Source: Mobula hypostoma (lineage: Eukaryota). From it: a stretch of DNA of 64,000 nucleotides. The notes under the pieces are model-generated. The model did not search any database, was not told where the DNA came from, and worked only from the letters and a program-made list of their open reading frames with translations. Location: NCBI RefSeq assembly GCF_963921235.1, contig NC_086107.1, forward strand, positions 114,454,001 through 114,518,000. Reading direction: 5' to 3'. The position numbers and the translations under genes are program-made. This document shows, piece by piece, positions 23,901-36,931 of the stretch (its first letter is position 1; each line of letters opens with the position of its first letter).

Positions 23901-26900
23901 GCGGTGGGGAGGTGGGAGATGGGCGGTGGGGAGGAGGGAGATGGGCGGTGGGGAGGTGGGAGATGGGTGGTGGGGAGGTGGGAGATGGGCGGTGGGGAGG
24001 TGGGAGATGGGTGGTGGGGAGGTGGGAGATGGGCGGTGGGGAGATGGGTGGTGGGGAGGCGGGGGACAGCAGATGGGCGGTGGGGAGGCAGCAGATGGGC
24101 GGTGGGGAGGCAGCAGATGGGCGGTGGGGAGGCGGGGGGCAGCAGATGGGTGGTGGGGAGGCGGGGAGGTGGGAGATGGGCGGTGGGGAGGCGGCAGATG
24201 GGTGGTGGAGAGGCGGGTAGGTGGGGAGGCGGGGGGGCAGCAGATGGGCGGAGGGGAGGCAGAGAGGTGGGAGATGGGAGGCGGGGGGTCAGCAGATGGG
24301 CGGTGGGGAGGTGGGAGATGGGCGGTGGGGAGGCGGCAGATGGGTGGTGGGGAGGTGGGAGATGGGCGGTGGGGAGGCGGGGAGGTGGCAGATGGGCGGT
24401 GGGGAGGTGGGAGATGGGCGGTGGGGAGGGGGGAGACGGGCGGTGGGGAGGCAGGGAGGTGGGAGATGGGCGGTGGGGAAGTGGGAGATGGGCGGTGGGG
24501 AAGTGGGGAGGTGGGAGATGGGCGGTGGGGAGGCGGGAGATGGGCGGTGGGGAGGCGGGGAGGTGGGAGATGGGCGGTGGGGAGGTCGGGAGGTGAGAGA
24601 TGGGCGGTGGGGAGGCGGGGAGGTGGGAGATGGGCGGTGGGGAGGCGGGGAGGCAGCAGATGGGTGGTGGGGAGGTGGGGAGGTGGGAGATGGGCGGTGG
24701 GGAGGCGGGGAGGTGGGAGATGTGCGGTGGGGAGGTGGGAGATGGGCGGAGGGGAGGCGGGAGATGGGCGGAGGGGAGGCGGGGAGGTGGGAGATGGGCG
24801 GTGGGGAGGTGGGAGATGGGCGGTGGGGAGGTGGGAGATGGGCGGAGGGGAGGCGGGGAGGTGGGAGATGGGAGGCGGGGGGGCAGCAGATGGGCAGTGG
24901 GGAGGTGGGAGATGGGCGGTGGGGAGGCGGGGGGGCAGCAGATGGGTGGTGGGGAGGCGGGGAGGTGGGTGATAGGAGGCGGGGGGGCAGCAGATGGGCG
25001 GTCGGGAGGTGGGAGATGGGCGGTGGGGAGGCGGGGGGGCAGCAGAGGGGTGGTGGGGAGGCGGGGAGGTGGGAGATAGGAGGCGGGGGGGCAGCAGATG
25101 GGCGGTGGGGAGGCGGAGAGGTGGGAGATGGGCGGTGGGGAGGCGGGGGGCAGCAGATGGGCGGTGGGGAGGCGGGGAGGTGGGAGATGGGAGGCGGGGA
25201 GCAGCAGATGGGCGGTGGGGAGGTGGGAGATGGGCGGTGGGGAGGCGGCAGATGGGTGGTGGGGAGGTGGGAGATGGGCGGTGGGGAGGCGGGGAGGTGG
25301 GAGATGGGCGGTGGGGAGGTGGGAGATGGGCGGTGGGGAGGTGGGAGATGGGCGGAGGGGAGGCGGGGAGGTGGGAGATGGGAGGCGGGGGGGCAGCAGA
25401 TGGGCAGTGGGGAGGTGGGAGATGGGCGGTGGGGAGGCGGGGGGGCAGCAAATGGGTGGTGGGGAGGCGGGGAGGTGGGAGATAGGAGGCGGGGGGGCAG
25501 CAGATGGGCGGTGGGGAGGCGGCAGATGGGTGGTGGGGAGGTGGGAGATGGGAGGTGGGGAGGTGGGAGATGGGCGGTGGGGAGGTGGGAGATGGGCGGT
25601 GGAGAGGTGGGAGATGGGCGGTGGAGAGGTGGGAGATGGGCGGTGGGGAGGTGGGAGATGGGCGGTGGGGAGGTGGGAGATGGGTGGTGGGGAGGTGGGA
25701 GATGGGCGGTGGGGAGGTGGGAGATGGGTGGTGGGGAGGTGGGAGATGGGCGGTGGGGAGGTGGGAGATGGGCGGTGGGGAGATGGGTGGTGGGGAGGCG
25801 GGGGGCAGCAGATGGGCGGTGGGGAGGCAGCAGATGGGCGGTGGGGAGGCGGGGGGCAGCAGATGGGTGGTGGGGAGGCGGGGAGGTGGGAGATGGGCGG
25901 TGGGGAGGCGGCAGATGGGTGGTGGAGAGGCGGGTAGGTGGGGAGGCGGGGGGGCAGCAGATGGGCGGTGGGGAGGTGGGAGATGGGCGGTGGGGAGGCG
26001 GCAGATGGGTGGTGGGGAGGTGGGAGATGGGCGGTGGGGAGGCGGGGAGGTGGCAGATGGGCGGTGGGGAGGCGGGGGGCAGCAGATGGGCGGTGGGGAG
26101 GCGGGGAGGTGGGAGATGGGCGGTGGGGAGGTGGGAGATGGGCGGTGGGGAGGTGGGAGACGGGCGGTGGGGAGGCAGGGAGGTGGGAGATGGGCGGTGG
26201 GGAAGTGGGAGATGGGCGGTGGGGAAGTGGGGAGGTGGGAGATGGGCGGTGGGGAGGCGGGAGATGGGCGGTGGGGAGGCGGGGAGGTGGGAGATGGGCG
26301 GTGGGGAGGTCGGGAGGTGAGAGATGGGCGGTGGGGAGGCGGGGAGGTGGGAGATGGGCGGTGGGGAGGCGGGGAGGTGGGAGATGGGCGGTGGGGAGGC
26401 GCAGATGGGCGGTGGGGAGGCGGAGGGCAGCAGATGGGCGGTGGGGAGGCAGAGGGCAGCAGATGGGCGGTGGGGAGGCGGAGGGCAGCAGATGGGCGGT
26501 GGGGCGGCGGGGAGGTGGGAGATGGGCGGCGGGGCGGTGGGAGATGGGCGGCGGGGCGGTGGGAGATGGGCGGTGGGGAGGCGGGGAGGTGGGAGATGGG
26601 CGGGGGGGAGGCAGCAGATGGGCAGTGGGGAGGTGGGGAGGTGGGAGATGGGCGGTGGGAAGGCGGGGAGGTGGGAGATGGGCGGTGGGAAGGCAGCAGA
26701 TGGGCGGTGGGGAGGCGGGGGACAGCAGATGGGCGGTGGGGAGGCGGGGGACAGCAGATGGGCGGTGGGGAGGCGGGGAGGTGGGAGATGGGCGGTGGGG
26801 AGATGGGGAGGTGGGAGATGGGCGGTGGGGAGGCAGCAGATGGGCGGTGGGGAGGTGGGGAGGTGGGAGATGGGCGGTGGGGAGGCAGCAGATGAGCGGT

Positions 26901-29900
26901 GGGGAGGCGGGGGGCAGCAGATGGGCGGTGGGGAGGCGGGGAGGTGGGAGATGGGCGGTGGGGAGGCAGCAGATGGGCGGTGGGGAGGCGGGGAGGTGGG
27001 AGATGGGCGGTGGGGAGGTGGGAGATGGGCGGCGGGGCGGTGGGAGATGGGCGGTGGGGAGGCGGGGAGGTGGGAGATGGGCGGGGGGGAGGCAGCAGAT
27101 GGGCAGTGGGAAGGTGGGGAGGTGGGAGATGGGCGGTGGGAAGGCGGGGAGGTGGGAGATGGGCGGTGGGAAGGCAGCAGATGGGCGGTGGGGAGGCGGG
27201 GGACAGCAGATGGGCGGTGGGGAGGCGGGGGACAGCAGATGGGCGGTGGGGAGGCGGGGAGGTGGGAGATGGGCGGTGGGGAGATGGGGAGGTGGGAGAT
27301 GGGCGGTGGGGAGGCAGCAGATGGGCGGTGGGGAGGTGGGGAGGTGGGAGATGGGTGGTGGGGAGGCAGCAGATGAGCGGTGGGGAGGCGGGGGGCAGCA
27401 GATGGGCGGTGGGGAGGCGGGGAGGTGGGAGATGGGCGGTGGGGAGGCAGCAGATGGGCGGTGGGGAGGCGGGGAGGTGGGAGATGGGCGGTGGGGAGGT
27501 GGGAGATGTGCGGTGGGGAGGCGGGGGGCAGCAGATGGGCGGCGGGGCGGTGGGAGATGGGCGGTGGGGAGGCGGGGAGGTGGGAGATGGGCGGGGGGGA
27601 GGCAGCAGATGGGCAGTGGGGAGGTGGGGAGGTGGGAGATGGGCGGTGGGAAGGCGGGGAGGTGGGAGATGGGCGGTGGGAAGGCAGCAGATGGGCGGCG
27701 GGGAGGCGGGGGACAGCAGATGGGCGGTGGGGAGGCGGGGGACAGCAGATGGGCGGTGGGGAGGCGGGGAGGTGGGAGATGGGCGGTGGGGAGATGGGGA
27801 GGTGGGAGATGGGCGGTGGGGAGGCAGCAGATGGGCGGTGGGGAGGTGGGGAGGTGGGAGATGGGCGGTGGGGAGGCAGCAGATGAGCGGTGGGGAGGCG
27901 GGGGGCAGCAGATGGGCGGTGGGGAGGCGGGGAGGTGGGAGATGGGCGGTGGGGAGGTGGGAGATGTGCGGTGGGGAGGCGGGGGGCAGCAGATGGGCGG
28001 TGGGGAGGTGGGAGATGTGCGGTGGGGAGGCGGGGGGCAGCAGATGTATGGTGGGGAGGTGGGGGGCAGCAGATGTATGGTGGGGAGGTGGGGAGATGGG
28101 CGGTGGGGAGGCGGGGAGGTGGGAGATGGGCGGTGGGGAGGCGGGTAGGTGGGAGGTGGGGAGGCGGGGAGGCAGCAGATGGGTGGTGGGGAGGTGGGGA
28201 GGTGGGAGATGGGCGGTGGGGAGGCGGGGAGGTGGGAGATGTGCGGTGGGGAGGTGGGAGATGGGCGGAGGGGAGGCGGGAGATGGGCGGAGGGGAGGCG
28301 GGGAGGTGGGAGATGGGCGGTGGGGAGGTGGGAGATGGGCGGTGGGGAGGTGGGAGATGGGCGGAGGGGAGGCGGGGAGGTGGGAGATGGGAGGTGGGGG
28401 GGCAGCAGATGGGCAGTGGGGAGGTGGGAGATGGGCGGTGGGGAGGCGGGGGGGCAGCAGATGGGTGGTGGGGAGGCGGGGAGGTGGGAGATAGGAGGCG
28501 GGGGGGCAGCAGATGGGCGGTCGGGAGGTGGGAGATGGGCGGTGGGGAGGCGGGGGGGCAGCAGATGGGTGGTGGGGAGGCGGGGAGGTGGGAGATAGGA
28601 GGCGGGGGGGCAGCAGATGGGCGGTGGGGAGGCGGGGAGGTGGGAGATGGGCGGTGGGGAGGCGGGGGGCAGCAGATGGGCGGTGGGGAGGCGGGGAGGT
28701 GGGAGATGGGAGGCGGGGAGCAGCAGATGGGCGGTGGGGAGGTGGGAGATGGGCGGTGGGGAGGTGGGAGATGGGCGGTGGGGAGGCGGCAGATGGGTGG
28801 TGGGGAGGTGGCAGATGGGTGGTGGGGAGGTGGGAGATGGGCGGTGGGGAGGCGGGGAGGTGGGAGATGGGCGGTGGGGAGGTGGGAGATGGGCGGTGGG
28901 GAGGTGGGAGATGGGCGGAGGGGAGGCGGGGAGGTGGGAGATGGGAGGCGGGGGGGCAGCAGATGGGCAGTGGGGAGGTGGGAGATGGGCGGTGGGGAGG
29001 CGGGGGGGCAGCAGATGGGTGGTGGGGAGGCGGGGAGGTGGGAGATAGGAGGCGGGGGGGCAGCAGATGGGCGGTGGGGAGGCGGCAGATGGGTGGTGGG
29101 GAGGTGGGAGATGGGAGGTGGGGAGGTGGGAGATGGGTGGTGGGGAGGTGGGAGATGGGTGGTGGGGAGGTGGGAGATGGGCGGTGGGGAGGTGGGAGAT
29201 GGGTGGTGGGGAGGTGGGAGATGGGCGGTGGGGAGGTGGGAGATGGGCGGTGGGGAGATGGGTGGTGGGGAGGCGGGGGGCAGCAGATGGGCGGTGGGGA
29301 GGCAGCAGATGGGCGGTGGGGAGGCGGGGGGCAGCAGATGGGTGGTGGGGAGGCGGGGAGGTGGGAGATGGGAGGCGGGGGGCAGCAGATGGGCGGTGGG
29401 GAGGTGGGAGATGGGCGGTGGGGAGGCGGCAGATGGGTGGTGGAGAGGCGGGTAGGTGGGGAGGCGGGGGGGCAGCAGATGGGCGGAGGGGAGGCAGAGA
29501 GGTGGGAGATGGGAGGCGGGGGGTCAGCAGATGGGCGGTGGGGAGGTGGGAGATGGGCGGTGGGGAGGCGGCAGATGGGTGGTGGGGAGGTGGGAGATGG
29601 GCGGTGGGGAGGCGGGGAGGTGGCAGATGGGCGGTGGGGAGGCGGGGGGCAGCAGATGGGCGGTGGGGAGGCGGGGAGGTGGGAGATGGGCGGTGGGGAG
29701 GTGGGAGATGGGCGGTGGGGAGGTGGGAGACGGGCGGTGGGGAGGCAGGGAGGTGGGAGATGGGCGGTGGGGAAGTGGGAGATGGGCGGTGGGGAAGTGG
29801 GGAGGTGGGAGATGGGCGGTGGGGAGGCGGGAGATGGGCGGTGGGGAGGCGGGGAGGTGGGAGATGGGCGGTGGGGAGGCCGGGAGGTGAGAGATGGGCG

Positions 29901-32900
29901 GTGGGGAGGCGGGGAGGTGGGAGATGGGCAGTGGGGAGGCGGGGAGGTGGGAGATGGGCGGTGGGGAGGCGCAGATGGGCGGTGGGGAGGCGGAGGGCAG
30001 CAGATGGGCGGTGGGGAGGCGGAGGGCAGCAGATGGGCGGAGGGGAGGCGGAGGGCAGCAGATGGGCGGTGGGGCGGCGGGGAGGTGGGAGATGGGCGGC
30101 GGGGCGGTATGGGCGGCGGGGCGGTGGGAGATGGGCGGCGGGGAGGCGTGGAGGTGGGAGATGGGCGGTGGGGAGATGGGGAGGTGGGAGATGGGCGGTG
30201 GGGAGGCAGCAGATGAGCGGTGGGGAGGCAGGGGGCAGCAGATGGGCGGTGGGGAGGCAGCAGATGGGCGGTGGGGAGGTGGGGAGGTGGGAGATGGGCG
30301 GTGGGGAGGCGGGGGGCAGCAGATGGGCGGTGGGGAGGTGGGAGATGTGCGGTGGGGAGGCGGGGGGCAGCAGATGTACGGTGGGGAGATGGGCGGTGGG
30401 GAGGCGGGGAGGTGGGAGGTGGGCGGTGGGGAGGCGGGTAGGTGGGAGGTGGGCGGTGGGGAGGCGGGGAGGTGGGAGATGGGCGGTGGGGAGGCGGGTA
30501 GGTGGGAGGTGGGCGGTGGGGAGGCGGGGGGCAGCAGATGGGCGGAGAGGAGGCGGGGAGGTGGGAGATGGGAGGCGGGGGGGAGCAGATGGGTGGTGAG
30601 GAGGTGGGGAGGTGGGAGATGGGCGGTGGGGAGGCGGGGAGGTGGGAGATTGGCGGGGGGGCTGCGGGGGGCAGCAGATGGGCGGTGGGGAGGCGGGGAG
30701 GTGGGAGATTGGCGGTGGGGAGGCGGGGGGCAGCAGATGGGTGGTGGGGAGGCGGGGAGGTGGGAGATGGGAGGCGGGGAGCAGCAGATGGGCGGTGGGG
30801 AGGTGGGAGATGGGCGGTGGGGAGGCGGCAGATGGGTGGTGGGGAGGTGGGGAGGTGGGAGATGGGCGGTGGGGAGGCGGGTAGGTGGGGAGGCGGGGGG
30901 GCAGCAGATGGGCGGTGGGGAGGTGGGAGATGGGCGGTGGGGAGGCGGCAGATGGGTGGTGGGGAGGTGGGGAGGTGGGAGATGGGCGGTGGGGAGGCGG
31001 CAGATGGGTGGTGGGGAGGTGGGGAGGTGGGGAGGTGGGAGATGGGCGGTGGGGAGGCGGGGAGGTGGGAGATGGGCGGTGGGGAGGTGGGAGATGGGCC
31101 GTGGGGAGGCGGGGGGCAGCAGATAGGCGGAGGGTAGGCGGGGAGGTGGGAAATGGGAGGCGGGGGGGCAGCAGATGGGCGGTGGGGAGGCGGGGAGGTG
31201 GGAGATGGGCGGTGGGGAGGCGGGGAGATGGGAGATGGGGAGGTGGGGAGGTGGGAGATGGGCGGTGGGGAGGCGGGAGGGAGGTGGGAGATGGGCGGTG
31301 GGGAGGCGGGGGTGGGAGATGGGCGGTGGGGAGGCAGGATGGAGGTGGGAGATGGGAGGCGGGGGGGCAGCAGATGGGCAGTGGGGAGGTGGGAGATGGG
31401 CGGTGGGGAGGTGGCAGATGGGTGTTGGGGAGGTGGGGAGGTGGGAGATGGGCGGTGGAGAGGTGGGGAGGTGGGAGATGGGCGGTGGGGAGGCGGGGGG
31501 CAGCAGATGGGCGGTGGGGAGGCAGCAGATGGGCGGTGGGGAGGCGGGGGGCAGCAGATGGGCGGTGGGGAGGCGGGGGGCAGCAGATGGGCGGTGGGGA
31601 GGCGGGGAGGTGGGAGATGGGAGGCGGGGGGCAGCAGATGGGCGGTGGGGAGGTGGGAGATGGGCGGTGGGGAGGTGGGAGATGGGAGGCGGGGGGCAGC
31701 AGATGGGCGGTGGGGAGGTGGGAGATGGGCGGTGGGGAGGCGGCAGATGGGTGGTGGGGAGGTTGGAGATGGGCGGTGGGGAGGTGGGAGATGGGCGGTG
31801 GGGAGGCGGGAGATGGGCGGTGGGGAGGCGGCAGATGGGCAGGTGGGAGATGGGCGGTGGGGAGGGGGAGATGGGCGGTGGGGAGGCGGGAGTGGGAGGT
31901 GGGGGGGAGATGGGGGTGGGGAGGGGCAGATGGGGGTGGGGAGGTGGGAGTGGGCGGTGGGGAGGCGGGGGGAGGGGGGGGGGGTGGGGAGGCGGGGGCA
32001 GCAGATGGGCGGTGGGGAGGTGGGAGATGGGCGGTGGGGAGGCGGGGAGGTGGGAGATGGGCGGTGGGGAGGCGGGGGGAGGTGGGAGATGGGCGGTGGG
32101 GAGGCAGCAGATGGGCGGTGGGGAGGCGGGGGGTGGGAGCAGATGGGCGGTGGGGAGGCGGGCGGTGGGGAGGCGGGGAGGTGGGAGATGGGCGGTGGGG
32201 AGGTGGGAGATGGGCGGTGGGGAGGCGGGGAGGTGGGAGATGGGCGGTGGGGAGGGGGAGTGGGAGATGGGCGGTGGGGAGGCGGGGGGGAGATGGGCGG
32301 TGGGGAGTGGGGAGGTTGGAGATGGGCGGTGGGGAGGTGGGCAGATGGGTGGTGGGGAGGTGGGAGATGGGCGGTGGGGAGGCGGGGAGGTGGGAGATGG
32401 GCGGCGGGGAGGTGGGAGATGGGCGGTGGGGAGGCGGGGAGGTGGGAGATGGGCGGTGGGGAAGTGGGAGATGGGCGGTGGGGAGGCGGGAGATGGGCGG
32501 TGGGGAGGCGGGAGATGGGCGGTGGGCAGCAGATGGGCGGTGGGGAGGTGGGAGATGGGCGGTGGGGAGGCGGGGAGGTGGGAGATGGGCGGTGGGGAGG
32601 CGGGGAGGCAGCAGATGGGCGGTGGGGAGGCAGCAGGCAGCAGATGGGCGGTGGGGAGGTGGGGAGGTGGGAGATGGGCGGTGGGGAGGCAGCAGATGGG
32701 CAGTGCGGAGGTGGGGAGGTGGGAGATGGGCGGTGGGAAGGTGGGGAGGTGGGAGATGGGCGGTGGGGAGGCGGGGGGCAGCAGATGGGCGGTGGGGAGG
32801 CGGGGAGTGGGAGATGGGCGGTGGGGAGGTGGGGAGGTGGGAGATGGGCGGTGGGGAGGCAGCAGATGAGCGGTGGGGAGGCGGGGGGCAGCAGATGGGC

Positions 32901-35900
32901 GGTGGGGAGGCGGGGAGGTGGGAGATGGGCGGTGGGGAGGCAGCAGATGGGCGGTGGGGAGGTGGGAGATGGGCGGTGGGGAGGCAGCAGATGGGCGGTG
33001 GGGAGGCGGAGAGGTGGGAGATGGGCGGGGGCAGCAGATGGGCGGTGGGGAGGTGGGAGATGTGCGGTGGGGAGGCGGGGGGCAGCAGATGGGAGGTGGG
33101 GGGGCAGCAGATGGGCGGTGGGGAGGCGGGGAGATGGGCGGAGGGGAGGTGGGAGATGTGCGGTGGGGAGGCGGGGGGCAGCAGATGTACGGTGGGGAGG
33201 TGGGGAGATGCGCGGTGGGGAGGCGGGGAGGTGGGAGATGGGCGGTGGGGAGGCGGGGAGGTGGGAGATGGACGGTGGGGAGGCAGCAGATGGGCGGTGG
33301 GGAGGCGGGGAGGTGGGGAGGTGGGGGGCAGCAGATGGGCGGTGGGGAGGCAGCAGATGGGTGGTGGGGAGGTGGGAGATGGGCGGTGGGGAGGCGGGGA
33401 GGTGGGAGATGGGCGGTGGGGAGGTGAGAGATGGGCAGTGGGGAGGCGGGGAGGTGGGAGATGGGCGGTGGGGAGGCGGCGGGCAGATGGGCGGTGGGGA
33501 GGCGGGGAGGTGGGAGATGGGCGGCGGGGAGGTGGGAGATGGGCGGTGGGGAGGTGGGGAGGTGGGAGATGGGCGGTGGGGAGGTGGGAGATGGGCGGTG
33601 GGGAGGCAGCAGATGAGCGGTGGGGAGGTGGGAGATGTGCGGTGGGGAGGCGGGGGGCAGCAGATGAGAGGTGGGGGGGCAGCAGATGGGCGGTGGGGAG
33701 GTGGGAGATGTGCGGTGGGGAGGCGGGGAGGTGGGAGATGGGCGGTGGGGAGGCGGGGAGGTGGGAGATGGGCGGTGGGGAGGCGGGTAGGTGGGAGGTG
33801 GGCGGTGGGGAGGCGGGGGGCAGCAGATGGGCGGAGGGGAGGCGGGGAGGTGGGAGATGGGCGGTGGGGAGGCGGCAGATGGGTGGTGGGGAGGTGGGAG
33901 ATGGGAGGCGGGGGGCAGCAGATGGGCGGTGGGGAGGCGGGGAGGTGGGAGATGGGCGGTGGGGAGGCGGCAGATGGGTGGTGGGGAGGTGGGAGATGGG
34001 TGGTGGGGAGGTGGGAGATGGGCGGTGGAGAGGTGGGGGGGTGGGAGATGGGCGGTGGGGAGATGGGTGGTGGGGAGGCGGGGGGCAGCAGATGGGCGGT
34101 GGGGAGGCAGCAGATGGGCGGTGGGGAGGCGGAGAGGTGGGAGATGGGCGGTGGGGAGGCGGGGAGGTGGGAGATGGGCGGTGGGGAGGCGGGGAGGTGG
34201 CAGATGGGCGGTGGGGAGGTGGGAGATGTGCGGTGGGGAGGCGGGGAGGTGGGAGATGGGCGGTGGGGAGGCGGGGAGGTGGGAGATGGGCGGTGGGGAG
34301 GCGGGTAGGTGGGAGGTGGGCGGATGGGGAGGCGGGGGGCAGCAGATGGGCGGTGGGGAGGCGGGGAGGTGGGAGATGGGCGGTGGGGAGGCGGGGGGCA
34401 GGAGATGGGCGGTGGGGAGGCGGGGAGGTGGGAGATGGGAGGCGGGGGGCAGCAGATGGGCGGTGGGGAGGTGGGAGATGGGCGGTGGGGAGGCGGGTAG
34501 GTGGGAGGTGGGGAGGCGGGGGGGCAGCAGATGGGCGGAGGGGAGGCAGGGAGGTGGGAGATGGGAGGCGGGGGGCAGCAGATGGGCGGTGGGGAGGTGG
34601 GAGGTGGGCGGTGGGGAGGCGGCAGATGGGAGGTGGGGGGGCAGCAGATGGGCGGTGGGGGGGCAGCAGCGGTGGGGGGGCAGCAGATGGGCGGTGGGGA
34701 GGCGGGGGGCAGCAGATGTACGATGGGGAGGTGGGGAGATGGGCGGTGGGGAGGCGGGGAGGTGGGAGATGGGCGGTGGGGAGGTGGGAGATGGACGGTG
34801 GGGAGGCAGCAGATGGGCGGTGGGGAGGCGGGGAGGTGGGGAGGTGGGGGGCAGCAGATGGGCGGTGGGGAGGTGGGGAGGTGGGAGATGGACGGTGGGG
34901 AGGCAGCAGATGGGCAGTGGGGAGGCGGGGAGGTGGGGGGCAGCAGATGTACGATGGGGAGGTGGGGAGATGGGCGGTGGGGAGGTGGGAGATGGGCGGT
35001 GGGGAGGTGGGGAGGTGGGAGATGGACGGTGGGGAGGCAGCAGATGGGCAGTGGTGCGGCGGGGAGGTGGGAGATGGGCGGCGGGGAGGTGGGAGATGGG
35101 CGGCGGGGAGGCGGCAGATGGGTGGTGGGGAGGTGGGAGATGGGCGGTGGGGAGGTGGGAGATGGGCGGTGGAGAGGTGGGGGGGTGGGAGATGGGCGGT
35201 GGGGAGGCGGGGGGCAGCAGATGGGCGGTGGGGAGGCAGCAGATGGGCGGTGGGGAGGCGGAGAGGTGGGAGATGGGCGGTGGGGAGGCGGGGAGGTGGG
35301 AGATGGGCGGTGGGCAGCAGATGGGCGGTGGGGAGGCGGGGAGGTGGGAGATGGGCGGTGGGGAGGCGGGGGGCAGGAGATGGGCGGTGGGGAGGCGGGG
35401 AGGTGGGAGATGGGAGGCGGGGGGCAGCAGATGGGCGGTGGGGAGGTGGGAGATGGGCGGTGGGGAGGCGGGTAGGTGGGAGGTGGGGAGGCGGGGGGGC
35501 AGCAGATGGGCGGAGGGGAGGCAGGGAGGTGGGAGATGGGAGGCGGGGGGCAGCAGATGGGCGGTGGGGAGGTGGGAGGTGGGCGGTGGGGAGGCGGCAG
35601 ATGGGAGGTGGGGGGGCAGCAGATGGGCAGTGGGGGGGCAGCAGATGGGCGGTGGGGGGGCAGCAGATGGGCGGTGGGGAGGCGGGGAGGTGGGAGATGG
35701 GCGGTGGGGAGGTGGGAGATGGACGGTGGGGAGGCAGCAGATGGGCGGTGGGGAGGCGGGGAGGTGGGGAGGTGGGGGGCAGCAGATGGGCGGTGGGGAG
35801 GTGGGGAGGTGGGAGATGGACGGTGGGGAGGCAGCAGATGGGCAGTGGGGAGGCGGGGAGGTGGGGGGCAGCAGATGTACGATGGGGAGGTGGCGAGATG

Positions 35901-36265
35901 GGCGGTGGGGAGGTGGGAGATGGGCGGTGGGGAGGTGGGGAGGTGGGAGATGGACGGTGGGGAGGCAGCAGATGGGCAGTGGGGCGGCGGGGAGGTGGGA
36001 GATGGGCGGCGGGGAGGTGGGGAGGTGGGAGATGGGCGGTGGGGAGGTGGGAGATGGACGGTGGGGAGGCAGCAGATGGGCGGTGGGGAGGTGGGGAGGT
36101 GGGAGATGGGCGCTGGGGAGGTGGGAAGGCAGCAGATGGGCGGTCGGGAGGTGGGGAGGTGGGAGATGGGCGGTGGGGAGGTGGGAGATGGGGAGATGGG
36201 GAGGCGGGGGGCAGCAGATGGGCGGTGGGGAGGCAGCAGATGGGCGGTGGGGAGGCGGGAGATGA
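11920..36265. repeat. ~24.3-kb G-rich compound minisatellite filling FBXL19 intron 7
   Basis: Core AGATGGGCGGTGGGGAGG in ~22-30 bp units with interchangeable spacers (TGGG, CAGC, CGGGGAGGTGGG, CGGGGGGCAGC). Confidence 0.99.
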
Positions 36266-36296
36266 GGGACAATGAGGAACTCAGTCCCACACTCAC

Positions 36297-36460
36297 CTTG
36301 CAGCCGGTTCAGGAGCCACATGAGCTGCTTACTGGAGATGCAGGCCCAGCTGAGGTCGAGCAGGGCGGGCTGCCGCCGGATGATGCCACTCAGCATGGCT
36401 GGCGTAATCGACTTCTGCCGGCTCAGGTCAATTCTGGTCCACAGCTGCTTGTCGCAGCAC
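36297..36460 (-). CDS. FBXL19: FBXL19 exon 7, end of F-box and LRR start
   Basis: ccccag|[54 protein letters not shown](G)|gtgagt; 164 nt, phase 2-1. Confidence 0.96.
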
Positions 36461-36931
36461 CTGGGGAGATGGGGGGAAGGAGGCAAGGCCCAAGGGGAGG
36501 CACAGGTCAGGATGCAGCCATGTTAACTGACTTGTTTTCCCCTCCATCCTTGTCCAGCCCCAGGGCCGATCAAAACCACTGCCACCCTCATGAAATAGTG
36601 AATGCCCTGCCCTGGGTGGGGACTACCTGACCCAATCACTCCCCTGACTTCACAGTGCTCCCACCCCATGCACCGACAATGCTACACCATCCCACTCACC
36701 CCCACAGCCCCTCTCCACTCCCAATACACCAATACTTCACCAACAACCAACACCCACACTGTGAGGAATTACAGCATGGAAAATATGTAAACAAAAAGAT
36801 AGAGAAAGATGGGGGGGGCAGGCACAGAGAAGGGAGAGGATACAGAGGGTGGGGTGTTGCAGGAGTCAGAGGGGAGTGGGGTGTAACCCACAGCAGACGT
36901 GCCCACCCCCACAACCCCGTCCCTGACTCAC

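Noticed and set aside
11920..36265. Immunoglobulin switch-like region
   Set aside because: G-rich with AGCA motifs but lacks the AGCT-rich units; the G-rich strand is the template rather than non-template strand; no Ig segments nearby.
11859..36630. Giant ORFs (up to 8132 aa) encoding Pro-rich or Gly/Trp-rich proteins
   Set aside because: They are open in several frames on both strands because the minisatellite lacks stop triplets; unit lengths do not preserve frame; the region lies within a phase-compatible FBXL19 intron.
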